A DNA stretch of 59,563 nucleotides, counting the filler, from Sphacelaria rigidula (Eukaryota): the NCBI GenBank assembly GCA_964200075.2. It is 8 parts of 8 records of this genome, joined end to end, with 100 filler letters (N's around TTAATTAATTAA, not from the genome) between each part and the next. Parts side by side here need not be neighbours in the genome. Positions count along the whole stretch, not along the records: positions 44,750 to 52,106 come from CAXNAA020015277.1; positions 52,207 to 59,563 come from CAXNAA020015278.1; 6 more parts are not named here. One strand, given 5' to 3'. The notes beneath the pieces were generated by a model, which ran no database searches, was not told where the DNA came from, and saw only the letters and a list, made by a program, of their open reading frames with translations. Made by a program: the position numbers and the translations under genes. This document shows, piece by piece, positions 48,441 through 59,563 of this stretch. Within the stretch, counting starts at the first letter, position 1; every line of letters starts with the position of its first letter.

Positions 48441-49563
48441 GACCCGGACGCTTATCCCGTCGTGAGGAAATTGCCATTCATGTCCACGTCATTCATGTTG
48501 AATCGACGACGGACCAGATCGGAACTTTGTCTTTTCCAGCGCACGTTTTCGATCGAAAAATACGTTGATGAGACCCGCCCTTATTATCAACATGAAATAT
48601 TCAGAATTTTTCAGGCTATTGGCCATGAAGGGCAACATAAACCCGCGGCGCAATGACCCTTCGGGTACACACCAGTCGCACAGCCGGGACCTGAGGCATA
48701 AGCTCACGAAAAAACCTCTGATCTCACTGTCCCGGGATATACAGTGAATAGATGGAGCCGTTTCTATTGATTAACTGAGTACGAAGTTCTTGCCTCGGAG
48801 AAACGAGACTCAGTCTTAAATGAGACACGGTCGGTTCTGTCAGACGGGCGCCCTACAACAGACCCCGAAATGATCAACGAATCCTTCCCGGGTAGCTTTT
48901 ATTGCACAAACACGGCCAGTCCCCTTCCGATACCGAACGGATTGCCGTGAGGCAAATCACGCTGTGTAGATTGGTAAGAGCCAGCACCACGCGTGATGTG
49001 CTCGTGCAGTGGGCGTCTGCGCGAGTTTTCTCGAGCTGGGCTGTGTAGGTGTAACGTGCTTCAGCCGTGTGTTCCAGTCACGCTCGTTCAGATTTCCAGA
49101 CCTGTTTCGGACTGCGTCCAGTGCGGGAAAGATTACCATCCTTTCCAGTTTTGCGAATCCCGGTCAGGGCGTATCTTGGCGAATGCGGTCGCAATGTGTG
49201 CAGCATCGACTTCCCGCTCGTCGATGGTTCACGGCCGACTGTTGGCAGCTCTGCAGAACCCTGGTCATGGCGTGTCTTAGGTCATTATTTTCCGATGCAA
49301 AAAAGTGCGGTGGAAAATACTAAATGAGATGTCATCTTCGGAATTGAGGCTGAACATTTTTCAAATGACTTTCAACTCCAAAACAAAGCGTGCCCTGATC
49401 TACAGTCATGACAACTAGCAATCATATGGACCACCTCATGCCCCCCCCGACCTCCCTGAACCTACTTTTGAGGGTTTCCGTCTTTCGTTCCTCCCTCAGA
49501 CCACAAGAGTCCTTTTAATTTTGTGTATGTAGTGGGGAAAACCGAACTGTTTTGTTTTCACAG

Positions 49564-49923
49564 AGATTGCGAAATTTGGTACACGTTGCTACGGTGGGCG
49601 ACCTCTGTGCAGACGCCAGCCAGTCCAGTAGAGCGACGGAAGCTAGCTATGATTGGGTTTACCTGCCGTACTGCCGCCAGCGCTGCTTGAAAGCCACAAG
49701 ACCTTTGCGGTCGGCGGTTGATGGCGTGGGTGTCAAACGCAACAAGTGGTTGATCATAGAGCACCCTTATTCTTCGAGGGGCCATATCTCGCCCTGGGTT
49801 GTAATGCGTGACCTCCTCGCGTCGGAATTATCTCTTGAAAGCTACTGTACCGAGGTTCTCACGCAGCCAGCGCGTGCTCCAGATTGCAGCATGGACACAC
49901 CCCTCTGCACCACGCTAGCAACG
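49564..49923 (+). CDS. Candidate 360-nt exon of an unidentified gene
   Basis: TTTTGTTTTCACAG acceptor, 120 open codons (RLRNLVHV...KWLIIEHP...PLCTTLAT), and ACG|GTTAGA donor. Confidence 0.45.
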
Positions 49924-50337
49924 GTTAGATCACTACAATAGGTGTCTTTTTTCACTCCGCATCTTCACAAGTGTTTCATGTCTCATAACCCCCCTCCCCA
50001 CCCCCAACTGGCGTCTCGCACGCTCTTGTCGTTGGGCACCCATAGAGTCACTCACACATGTCGGGTAAATTAAACGATGAATAACACCCTCAAGTTCAAA
50101 TTGCATATATCTGTTGTTTATGCCGCAGCACCGCCCTTGCTGGCATGTGTATGACAGAGAAGAGTAGTAGCGGTGACAGGAGCATTGCCCTGTTTTTCAA
50201 CATGCTTTTCAGCGCACAGAGGCGCGTCCTGCCCAAAAAGAGAGGCAGAGAAAAATCGATCTTCGCATTGGTGAGCTCGACAGGCAAGAAGAGACAAAAT
50301 CTCTCCGCAGCTCGATGTTCTGACACATGGAAAATTA

Positions 50338-51849
50338 GGTACGTGCTGGTGACATCGATGATGCCAGTCTCTCGAGAGATTAGTAATCGCCGAGTGAGGA
50401 CACACAAGGGACACGGGCGAGGAGCTTCCTCTCTGTCGTGGCTTCCCTCTCTGGTGATATCGTCATCGACACGCGTGTACACCGCATTCGCTCGGTGCAC
50501 CTAGCCACAACTGATTCATTGCTGCAGAGTTTCGGGGGGAAAGATGGTTACGCTCTGTGTTACTGTGTCGCGTCATCCCTGCAAAAACGATATGCCACTT
50601 GAAGCTCATTTTTGAGATCGACCCCATTTTTTAGGATCCGCTGTGATGCGTTGTAGTCTCACATTTTCTGGACGGCAGTCTATATAGAGCTAGGCGGATG
50701 TTGATGCCTTGGAATGGCTTGCTCTACTCGTTGAGACCGTTTCAGAGAAACTTTGCGTTTCCCGCTGGCCGGAGTTTGTATCTGGCCGAATTGGCATTTT
50801 CAGACAAACGGTCAAGAGATGAAAAATAGGGGAAGTTCTGCCAGTGTTTTGATTACCTGACCGTTTATAAAAAAAAAGGCAAGTTTGGCCAAAACAAAAA
50901 AAACTGCGGCCAGCGGGAAAGTTGCCCTGGAATGGCGTCAAGGAGTGGAGCGAATCATTTCAAGGCGTCAACATCCGCCTAGATCTCGTTTCAGGAGTAA
51001 AGCGACGAATAAGGGCCCGAAAGGCAGGTTTCGATAGGATTTTGAACGTCTCTCATCAGAGTTGGCTTCAGACCCTAAAATTTTGCACAATTTCGCTGAG
51101 TGTATGGATCATCACGCAAATTTCAAACCGTAATTTTTTTCCTTTCTCAATTTTTTACCCTTTTTCGGGGATCTCAGTTCTGGGGGAAACTTGCAGGGTT
51201 CGGACGAATCATTGCCGGTTCGAATAGCCAAATCTACGATTTCTTAGGCATGATTGCTCGAAAGAGAGGCGAAAGTCGACCGCTGGTCAAACAGGTCTCC
51301 ACGCAACATTTGCGCCATTCCACGTGCCTGGGCTGCGCGTACGTGGCTCGCGACGCTGAACACAAAGCCCAAGGATTGATTCGTACGGTGCGAATGAATT
51401 GCACTAAAATCAAGTCATTTCCAGACGAATCATCAAGTCATCCGACCCTTGGAAACGTAAATTCCGTCGGACTCTCTAATCAAGGTCAGAAAGTAAAAAC
51501 AAAACAAATATATCGGCCTATTGTGTAATGGTCTAAAGCACTTTCAACAGTGGATCCTGGATAAAGGGGTCGATCTCAAAAATGAGCTTCAAGTGGCATA
51601 CTGTTTTTGTAGGGATGACGCGACACAGTAACACAGAGCGTAACCATAATTCCCCCCAAACCTCTGTAGCACCAAATCAGTTGTGGCTAGGTGCACCGAA
51701 CGAATGCGGTGAACACGTCGATGACGATGTCACTAGAGAGCAAAGCAACGACGGAGAGGAAGCTCCTCGCCCGTGTCCCTTGTGTGACCTCGCTCGCCGA
51801 TCACCAATCGCCCGAGAGACTTCGATCATGGATGTTATCAGCATGTACC
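50338..51849. repeat. Inverted repeat of about 305 bp with a 0.9-kb spacer
   Basis: 50338-50643 is the reverse complement of 51548-51849, for example GCCACTTGAAGCTCATTTTTGAGATCGACCCC. Confidence 0.9.
50693..50979. mobile_element. 287-bp MITE with about 80-bp TIRs, flanked by TA
   Basis: TA|GGCGGATGTTGATGCCTTG...TTTCCCGCTGGCCG and CGGCCAGCGGGAAA...CAAGGCGTCAACATCCGCC|TA. Confidence 0.85.
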
Positions 51850-51998
51850 AGTGTTGAAAATCGGATATCGATACTCGATATGATTCCGACATATATCGGT
51901 CGATACGGCGTATCGGTATCGCCGCTTCCCAAGCCGATATTTGCCGATACGTATCAATATCAATATCGATATCGGATATTGATATGATCGATATATAT
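51849..51998. repeat. hAT-like terminus with CGATA/TATCG subterminal array
   Basis: CAGTGTTGAAAATCG followed by dense CGATA/TATCG motifs. A similar GGTGTTGCAAATCG terminus lies at about 56849-56945. Confidence 0.5.
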
Positions 51999-52033
51999 AT
52001 TTTTATTCACCGGGGGGGAAGGGGGGGGGGGGC

Positions 52034-52104
52034 GTACTCATTTGTTTTTTACCTTAATCGTTTGACCAGTGACCCTACACCCCCTCCCAACCGGAGCACA
52101 GTTC
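52034..52104 (-). repeat. ATGAGTAC family type A, degenerate, at contig end
   Basis: G-run-C-GTACTCATTTGTT...TCGTTTGACCAGTGACC...CGGAGCAC. Confidence 0.8.
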
Positions 52105-52106
52105 GC

Positions 52107-52206
52107 NNNNNNNNNNNNNNNNNNNNNNNNNNNNNNNNNNNNNNNNNNNNTTAATTAATTAANNNNNNNNNNNNNNNNNNNNNNNNNNNNNNNNNNNNNN
52201 NNNNNN
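52107..52206. other. Artificial contig linker
   Basis: N44-TTAATTAATTAA-N44. Confidence 0.99.
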
Positions 52207-52801
52207 AGGGTCAACCCTGTGTTAGTGGGGGGTCCGGTCCCAAAAGGGTCAATAATGATTATTATAGTATAGAAAAAGTTCGGTGAGAGCACAGCCGGTA
52301 AGAGCGTAGGTCTGCGGATCTTGCGCTTGTCGCAAAAATATTTCGAATCGCAAGAATATGATCCGCAGTGTACAGTGTCTTTTCCACGTAGTCTGCTGTG
52401 TCCATGTTGTTGCTGAACCGGTTGTTGACACAATAGGTGGTCACGTGAGCTTTCTTTTTTCTTTTGCTTATTCTCGCAGTTTTTGCCGACGGGTTTCGAA
52501 GTTCAAAAATGGTCATGTGATGAACTAACTGTCGTTTGGCTTTCACGTGAAGGAAATTTTGATTAGATGTGTCCCTCTGTATTTCCATGTTGCAGGATTT
52601 TGATGTTTCGTTTTGTTTTCACGGTGTCGTGTTTCCCTGTGTTTTGTTTGTTTCGCTTGTTTTTTTGCAGCTTAATTGTGAAAGAAAATATATATTATAA
52701 AAATGCGTATTTTTGCGCTTCGTTTTTTTTTTCCCGTGTTTTTTTGTGTGCCCGAAAATGAGGCTTTCCTTGTACGCGACTTGCAAGACAGTGGTACATT
52801 T

Positions 52802-54153
52802 TAATCTGTACACAAGATATATATATATATATATATATATGGGAGAAAAAGAAATATCACTGAACTTTGCGACGTGAATTCAAAAAGGAAGCGGTGAGAC
52901 GGTAGTGCAGCATACATAGCGTTCCACGTGTACCACCCAAGCGCCAGGACCTACTAGTAGGACGACAACTCGGTAATGTTGTTGAGTGTGACTTAATCAG
53001 CCAGGAAAAATGAACAGAAATCTCGACTCTTCCTCGTGCTGCGGTATCACATTGACCAGCCACCACTGGAAGCTTATAACGCTTGATGCCGACAGAATAA
53101 AGCAAAGCACACACAAGAACGCTACAAAACGCAATTTGATTCACATTTAAGATCCGCTCAATCAAAAACTGTCCGTGCCCAATCTCTTTTTTTTGTATGT
53201 TAGAAATATATTTTCTGCGATATTCGTGTCCACGTTTACCGGTCGCCCGGGTGGCTTAGTTGGTAACCTCGAAATCTTTGGACGGCTGGGTCGTGGATTC
53301 GAATCTCGGCGCTATCCGGGATTTTTGTCATACAATTCCCAACAGTGGAGAGCGACTATGTCGTGGGTACACAAAAGTTGACTTGAAATAGTGCCTTGAG
53401 TATGACAAATACGTACCTACAACACTGTGGAGTATGACATACATGTCGGGTGAAATAACTGGTAGAACTGGGTACAAAACTGATCAGTTAGCCAGTTGCA
53501 CCAGTTAACTGTAACTGGTCAGTTCAAGTGGCAGCCAGTTCACAACTATAATAGAAACATGTGTGGTATTATCGCGACCCTCAAGAGCAAGCGAACAGTG
53601 TGACTTGGCCAGATATTTTCTTGTGTCCTTTGCCGCGGGGCTGGTATTGATGATATTTCTCGGCCAATCAGGGGCCTTCAAATTGTTGCTGAAAACTCTT
53701 TTTCCCGACTCAAAATGTTACTCGATCTCATCATGGATCAAACCTTAGTCACTGTCATCAGCTGGGAAAAGTTGAAGCAAAAAACAGATTTTGAAAACCG
53801 TTTGTCTCGGATCGAGTTATACCTAGAGTTGTGAACTGGCTGCCAGTTGTTCTGTGTGCTTTACTTTATTCTGTCGGCATCAAACGTTATAAGCTTTCAA
53901 TGGTGGCTGGTCAATGTGATACCGAAGCATGAGGATTAGTCGAAATTTCTGTTCATTTTTCCTGGCTGATGAAGTCACACTTAATAGTGTTACCGAGTTC
54001 TCGTGCTACTCGTAGTTCCTGGCGCTTGGGTGGTACACGCGAAACGATATGCATGCTGCACTACTGTCTCACCGCTTCATTTTTTAATTCACGTCGCAAA
54101 GTTCAGTGATACATATTTTTTCCCCATACATCTATATTTTTGTGCACCGATTA
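52802..54153. repeat. Inverted repeat of about 310 bp with a 0.73-kb spacer
   Basis: 52802-53120 is the reverse complement of 53849-54153, for example ATCACTGAACTTTGCGACGTGAATT and GGTATCACATTGACCAGCCACCA. Confidence 0.9.
53238..53385 (+). mobile_element. tRNA-derived SINE, 3'-truncated
   Basis: A-box TGGCTTAGTTGG, B-box GATTCGAATC, and a body homologous to 731-925. Confidence 0.8.
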
Positions 54154-54380
54154 CGTGCTCGAATAGCTGGCGCTAGGTGACTAAAAGTGACCCCGATTTT
54201 CAAGAGATGTGGAGTCAATGGCGTTATTTTCTTCCCTCCGACGGGGCCCCCTAACCAGCCGCGGGGGGGGGGGCGGTTACGCGACTCCGCCGCCAGTTAT
54301 CCAGTTTTGACTGATAACTGTAACTGGTTTTTATTTTTTGCAACCAGTTAAGTGGTCAGCCAAAGCAGTTCACAACCCTA
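53455..54380. mobile_element. hAT-like MITE ends (TAGRGTTGTGAACTG) with AACTG/CAGTT subterminal motifs
   Basis: Ends at 53530-53550 (right-type), 53824-53848 (left-type) and 54366-54380 (right-type). No matching 8-bp TSD found. Confidence 0.55.
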
Positions 54381-54469
54381 GCAGTTTTGCGTTCTGTATC
54401 TCGTGGAGAATGAATTTTTGACAGTCATCCTAAACCAGCCTGTTATGAACGCCCAGATGTTGGAGGTGT

Positions 54470-54554
54470 CTCTACTCGGAGTAGGGACGGTGCTCCGTCT
54501 CGAAAGTGTATCTTGGTCAATGATCACACGATTAAGGCAAGCAACAAATGAGTA

Positions 54555-54586
<32 letters not shown>

Positions 54587-54699
54587 CACAAACACAACAC
54601 CCCCCCCCCCCCCCCCCCCCCACCCTTTTTTTTGACATTTCTCGTTTTTTTTTTTTTTTTTTTTTNNNNNNNNNNTTAAGGCAAGCAACAAATGAGTAC
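54470..54699 (+). repeat. ATGAGTAC family type A, longest copy plus a second terminus after a 10-N gap
   Basis: 54470-54555 is followed by a C-run of more than 25 nt. 54676-54699 repeats the terminus and may be an assembly overlap. Confidence 0.88.
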
Positions 54700-55974
54700 C
54701 CCCCCCCCGACCCCCCGACCCCCATTTGAATGACGAACACATTCCACCGCCAGCACCTGACTGAACTTTGTTCGAGCAATTCAGTCGTTGTTCTTTTACT
54801 TTTTTTCTTCAGGGGTCCTACTGAGCCCCATTTGGCCGGGTGTCGCATCGCTCTTGAGGCGTTCACAGATGTAATCGATGATCAACCCATTTGGAACCGG
54901 AACCCTAAAAACAAGGAATGAGAACCTGGTTTGCACGCGGAGTCCATTCGTGTATCGGCATCGTTTTTCAGTCGTCTTCCAAGCGAAAATGATGTCGATT
55001 TACAAGAGCCCCCTCACCTCCGGTTAGTCCACTCCGATTTCAAAGGCGCTAACTCGATACAAATGAGTATTGGTGAGTGGGTGGGATGGAGCTTAGAATC
55101 CTCCCGTATACTTGTTCCCATTTTTTTTTTTTTTCACTTTCGGTCCCTCTCGCGCTGAACCAGGGAGTTCGTTTTCCCCAATCCGGCTCCCCAGATCTAC
55201 CGTTCGACAGGCGTTGGTAGCACCGTCAAATAGTAACGCTAGCTGTAACGCTCAATTTTAACGGGACCACAAAAAGGGGGGGAGGGCAAATGAGAAAAAA
55301 ACGTCCAAAAGCAGCATATTGATTGGTCGCCGCGACACACCGCGGCGGGGTGATATCGCAGCGACCAATCAACATCCTGCTTGTGGATGCTTGCTTTGCT
55401 CTTGGGTGTTTTTTTTTTCCCGGCTCCCGTTAAGAGGAGCCCTATAACCCCAGCCCCAACCGACGAGGAGCCGAGAGTCCTCGGGCGAGGGATCTTCATG
55501 CAGTGCCCTAGACAAGGCGTCCATTGGTGAAGAGCTAAAATGGGTGCCTGCGGCGACGCCAATTTGAGCCCAAACCCGTGCGGAGGACTGTTGCGAGCTG
55601 AAAGTTCCCGCTCGTGAGGTTTAAATATAGAGTAATATATTGAGTTGCCTCTGGGGCAAGCTATGCACCAAAACTCGGCGATGCTTGTTCCATTCGGGTG
55701 AGTTATAGAGCGTAACATTGCCTTGAGCATAGGTTCGTGCCCTTTAAAGATCCGAGTATTATGCCGTACCTCATACTGAGACCGTGTATTTTCGATTCAA
55801 CCATGTTTTTTTTGGGGGGGGGGGTGACAAGCAGCCGGGTTATCATGGGGAGGGAACTCTACGAGTATACGGCAGCCTTGTTTTGTGTCGGGGCGGCCTC
55901 GGAGCGGGACCCTCCAGAGGTACTGATGATGTTTTTGTTTTGGGGCATATGTGCACGTGCACGTGTGTGTGCAG

Positions 55975-56084
55975 GTGTACGACATGATGGACGAAGTTTC
56001 GAAGCACCTGTACGAGGTGGACACCAGTGCGAAGGAGGAAGACAATATCAACGTGGCCATCGTCGGCAGGCCCAACGTCGGAAA
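55975..56084 (+). CDS. der: Ribosome-biogenesis GTPase Der/EngA exon (linker and P-loop of the second G domain)
   Basis: VYDMMDEVSKHLYEVDTSAKEEDNINVAIVGRPNVG(K), bounded by GCAG and AA|GTGGGT in phase 2. Confidence 0.9.
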
Positions 56085-56714
56085 GTGGGTTCACATTCAC
56101 AGCGCAATGTTTTTGTATACGCATACAATGTGCATATACATTGTTTTGTTTTGTTTTGTCTTGTTTGAGATTATGTACAGCCTTCTCACCCCAAAGGCCA
56201 TGCGGCAGGTGGACCACCATATATATATATATATAATTGTAGATATGTTTCATTTTCCCCTTCTTATGGGATCAGTACCAGAAATACCTTGGCGTTATTT
56301 CCTCTCGTCTTCCTTTTTTTTTTTCCTGTCCTCTTTTGGTGTTGTCCTCTATTGGATTGTTTGTCTCGTTTTTTGTTCTTGTAGTTTTGGTTCTGTTTCT
56401 TGTCTTTCAGGTCATTTTATTCTCTCTCTCTCCATCCATCTTCATGCACTCCATGCCTTCGAGCTTCCTTCAGCAAGTCTCTCCTTCTTCCCTGACCTTG
56501 GCTTACCCCTATCACGTGACCACGGCCAGGTTCCTAGGGGATCAATGAGTGTGCGACCTTCAAATTCATTGTAATCAATCATATCATGCATAATTTGAAA
56601 ACAGCCCACGTTTCTGTGATTGACTTCATTTCTTGTCCTTTTTGAGTTCCCGATATGTACAGCACATTTATTGTGTGTCTGTAGAACCGTTTGTTTTCTG
56701 TTTACTTTCAAGTT

Positions 56715-56815
56715 CCGGTCGTCCCGGAGGCAGGTTGGCGAGACGGAGACCTACGGTTGGAACGCGAGTTCCAATCTCGGTGAATTCACACGATCTGCGA
56801 TTTTTCTTACGCCAT
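56715..56815 (+). mobile_element. Degenerate head of the tRNA-derived SINE in the der intron
   Basis: CCGGTCGTCCCGG...GTTGG...GAGTTCCAATCTCGG...GATCT..GATTTTT. Confidence 0.45.
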
Positions 56816-57494
56816 GCCTAACGTGAAAAGCGACTTTTGATAGCTATCGGTGTTGCAAATCGAACGGAAGACAAAAATCGGTACGATTTTCTAAAATATT
56901 GACGAAAAAACGTCGATATCGATATTTTTATCGATACTCGGACAATGGCCAAATAACCGTTTTCCTGGGCTATTTTTTGCTTTTTTTTCAAGGACCATTT
57001 TCGCAAGAAAAGGGTGGGACCGATTATGTGAAATGGCACATCTTCATCCATCCTCTCCTGCCCCCGCCGGTAGGTGACGGTTACAGGACCCCAGGGCGAT
57101 GACCTTTCAGGTTTCCCGAAACCGGGTATTATGATAGGTACGTGTTGGGGGTGGTTTACCACGTACCAAAATACCAAAAAGAGGCTAACGCTCAGCACCC
57201 AGCGGGATGGTCTTGAGGAAGTGGTGAACTACTCACCGATGATGCACGGCATCGTCTACCGTAGCCGCGCGCAACCCCTGCTAACCCCATACTTCCCCCC
57301 TCATGGGCGGTTTTGTGTACGCAGGGGAAAAACCTGCTGAATACGTTGCCTCACCTTTTCTCATCATGAATGTGTACGCGAACGTTCACCCCCGCCGCCG
57401 CCCCCGGCTACCCGGCTCCCTCTCGCCTGTCATTGGCTGAGTCCTGAAACCAAATCCCCACCCGTGATTGTTTTTGCTGAACGTGTGGCTTCAG

Positions 57495-57645
57495 GTCTAG
57501 CTTGCTCAACAGGCTGTTCGGAGAGACGAGAGCTATCGTCAGCGACATTCCTGGCACCACTCGAGATTCCATCGACGCCATGTTCGAGCGGGGGGGCAGA
57601 ACTTACCGCCTCGTCGACACCGCGGGCATCCGACGCAAGGGCAAG
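57495..57645 (+). CDS. der: GTPase Der/EngA next exon
   Basis: (K)[50 protein letters not shown], with G2 GTTRD and G3 DTAGIRRK. In phase with the previous exon, donor AAG|GTGGGT. Confidence 0.92.
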
Positions 57646-58280
57646 GTGGGTGCATATGCACTTGTTCCTCTGTAAGACCATCTGTCTTGCCATGAGACTA
57701 TTTATTCACAAAATTGATTGCAGCTGTTGAGGTGGAAGCTGGCACCCGTTTTCTTTCGAAAGGAAAATATGAGGAAGATGATTCAGCAGTGCATTGCACG
57801 ATGCGTTGGCTGGTTCAGTAGTTCAGTGGAGAACGCGTTGACGTCTCTCCTCCCCTCTCTGCACAACACGTACACACACACATCATTTTGTCGCACATAT
57901 ACTACAGTACCGAGTGACGTCGCCAACCCTTCACCCTTCCCACTCGAGGCTGTGGTTTGAACCCTGGCTCGTTTCACTACTCTCATACTTGATCCTTGCT
58001 CTGTGAGGGGGCAGGGGCGGAGATACTCGCCCCGATTGCAGGGAGTTGATCATGATCAAGACTTGTCTCATGCATCGGAGAGCAGTACCATCTTGCAAGG
58101 TTGTGTTTTGTGGAGTGTGTGTTATCGTCTCATCTATTCTGGACGCCGGTCCACACCTTTTGGTATATGTGGGCACACCAGCCCGGATCACACAGGAGGA
58201 AAGCCAAGACAGGAGTAATTAATCTTTTGTTTGTTTTAATTCTCCAACTTTCTTCTGCGGTGTCTTCTCTTTACTTTTTA

Positions 58281-58477
58281 TCACGAGAGGGGTTCAGCAA
58301 TCCCTTTCCCTCGTCGACCATTGAGTCGAATTCTGTGTACCCGCGACACAGTCTCTCCACTGTCGGCCACTGTGTGAGCAAAAACGTCCCAGATCGCTCT
58401 GAGATTCGAGATTCGAACCCACGACCCAACGGTCAGAGGGTTCCGAGATTACTAACTGAGTCACCGGGGCGACCGGC
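58281..58477 (-). mobile_element. tRNA-derived SINE, near full length
   Basis: Minus strand GCCGGTCGCCCCGGTGACTCAGTTAG...GGGTTCGAATCTCG..., with the same body and 3' end as 731-925. Confidence 0.82.
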
Positions 58478-59563
58478 TATGGTATACCCGGAAATGAGGG
58501 GGTGTTTGGTCGGCATACTAAACTACACCGGAATGTAAACCAAATATTACGGCATGTTCCGCAGAGTGTCTAGTTCTGTTGAAAAACTCCGGTGTGGTCC
58601 GGAAGGGTGCCTACCTATAAAGCGCCTCTTTTATACTTTCGTAAATGCCCGAATTTTCAGCCGGTATACCGTACAGAACACAAACCTTGCCATTTTGGTG
58701 TGCTTGACTTGTAGTGTTACGGTATATGGTCTGTACTTCAGTGGTCTAAATTAACATGATACAAAATGAAAGTTGTTTGATGCATTGATTGATAAATTAT
58801 CGGGATCTAGCCGTGATCAAATATTGGACGTATCCGAAACAAAACAAAGCTGAAGCACTCGCTAAAAGAACAAAAAGAAAAGAAATAAGAAACGTTAAAA
58901 CAGAACTACAGAGTGGACCCCGAATAAAAAATTAGGAAAATGACAACGGGAAATAAAATAAAGAAAAAAAAGTGACATGGCCGGCCTTTGCCACATGGCT
59001 TCGGTGGAAAAGGTTTTTGCGCACAACCACACTCATATCCTGCCGTAAAAAACAAAAGGCCGCAGGAAACGTTTGCGGCTCATTCACCACGACCGCACTA
59101 CTTTGGGTATGAACCTTCTCATCCACGTACCCTACGGAAACGAGGCACCAAATTGCTCTGGCATACACCGGCAGCAAAGGACACGCATAGAGAGGAAGTT
59201 GTCAGGGCAGACGACTAAGGGTTCGAGTCTCGACAGGTGCGACTGGTTGCTCTTCTAATAACTTTTCCTAATTTTTCGTCGTCGAAAACATGAGGGCGTG
59301 AGCAGCGAAGAAAATTTGTTTTTAAGGGGAATCGACCCGGTCCGGGAAAGCTGACCCAAAATCCACGACACTAGAACGTATTAGGTGGGTGTACCGGGGC
59401 AGATATAGGTCGATCCCTTGAGACCACGGACTCTATTCGTGGGATAAATGGAGGGTTGGAAGTATGAGGCGGGGGGGGGGGGGGGGGGGGTGGTTGTTTT
59501 GTTTGTGTGGGTAACCTAGTGCAATACTGGAGGAGGTAGGCGGCGGCGGGCTCAATTTTGTTT

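Noticed and set aside
53238-53312. Functional tRNA gene
   Set aside because: The acceptor stem does not close, the copies are diverged, and they share a non-tRNA body, so this is a SINE head.
55951-56574. 207-aa ORF as a membrane-anchored GTPase
   Set aside because: Only 55975-56084 is exon. The hydrophobic tail is read-through into a T-rich intron.
1-59563. A functional gene cluster (ACOX, MC5E, SPATA4, der)
   Set aside because: Each gene lies on a different contig joined by artificial linkers, so adjacency only reflects length sorting.

Overview
This is eukaryotic DNA, almost certainly from a brown alga (Phaeophyceae), based on an intron-rich mannuronan C-5 epimerase gene. The window is not one locus. 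It is eight unrelated contigs of 7359, 7359, 7358, 7358, 7358, 7357, 7357 and 7357 bp, sorted by length and joined by 100-bp N/TTAATTAATTAA/N linkers, so no synteny can be read across the gaps. Gene fragments recovered by manual splicing are an acyl-CoA oxidase exon, five exons of a mannuronan C-5 epimerase with the YGFDPHD motif, two exons of a SPATA4/SPEF1-type CH-domain protein, two very long exons of an acidic disordered protein, and two exons of a Der/EngA GTPase. Most of the rest is repeats: a 3.9-kb LTR element with TG..TA termini and a 4-bp TSD, decayed retroelements, a tRNA-derived SINE, CACTA-, piggyBac- and hAT-like MITEs, and several long inverted repeats. The most unusual signal is a short repeat in two subtypes that ends in ATGAGTAC followed by a C-run. 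It occurs 12 times, sits at 8 of the 16 contig ends, and has a predicted fold shared by both subtypes. It may be a poly(C)-tailed, C-tract-associated retroposon, but this is inference. No database searches were possible, so novelty is untested, and no new multi-gene system is supported.
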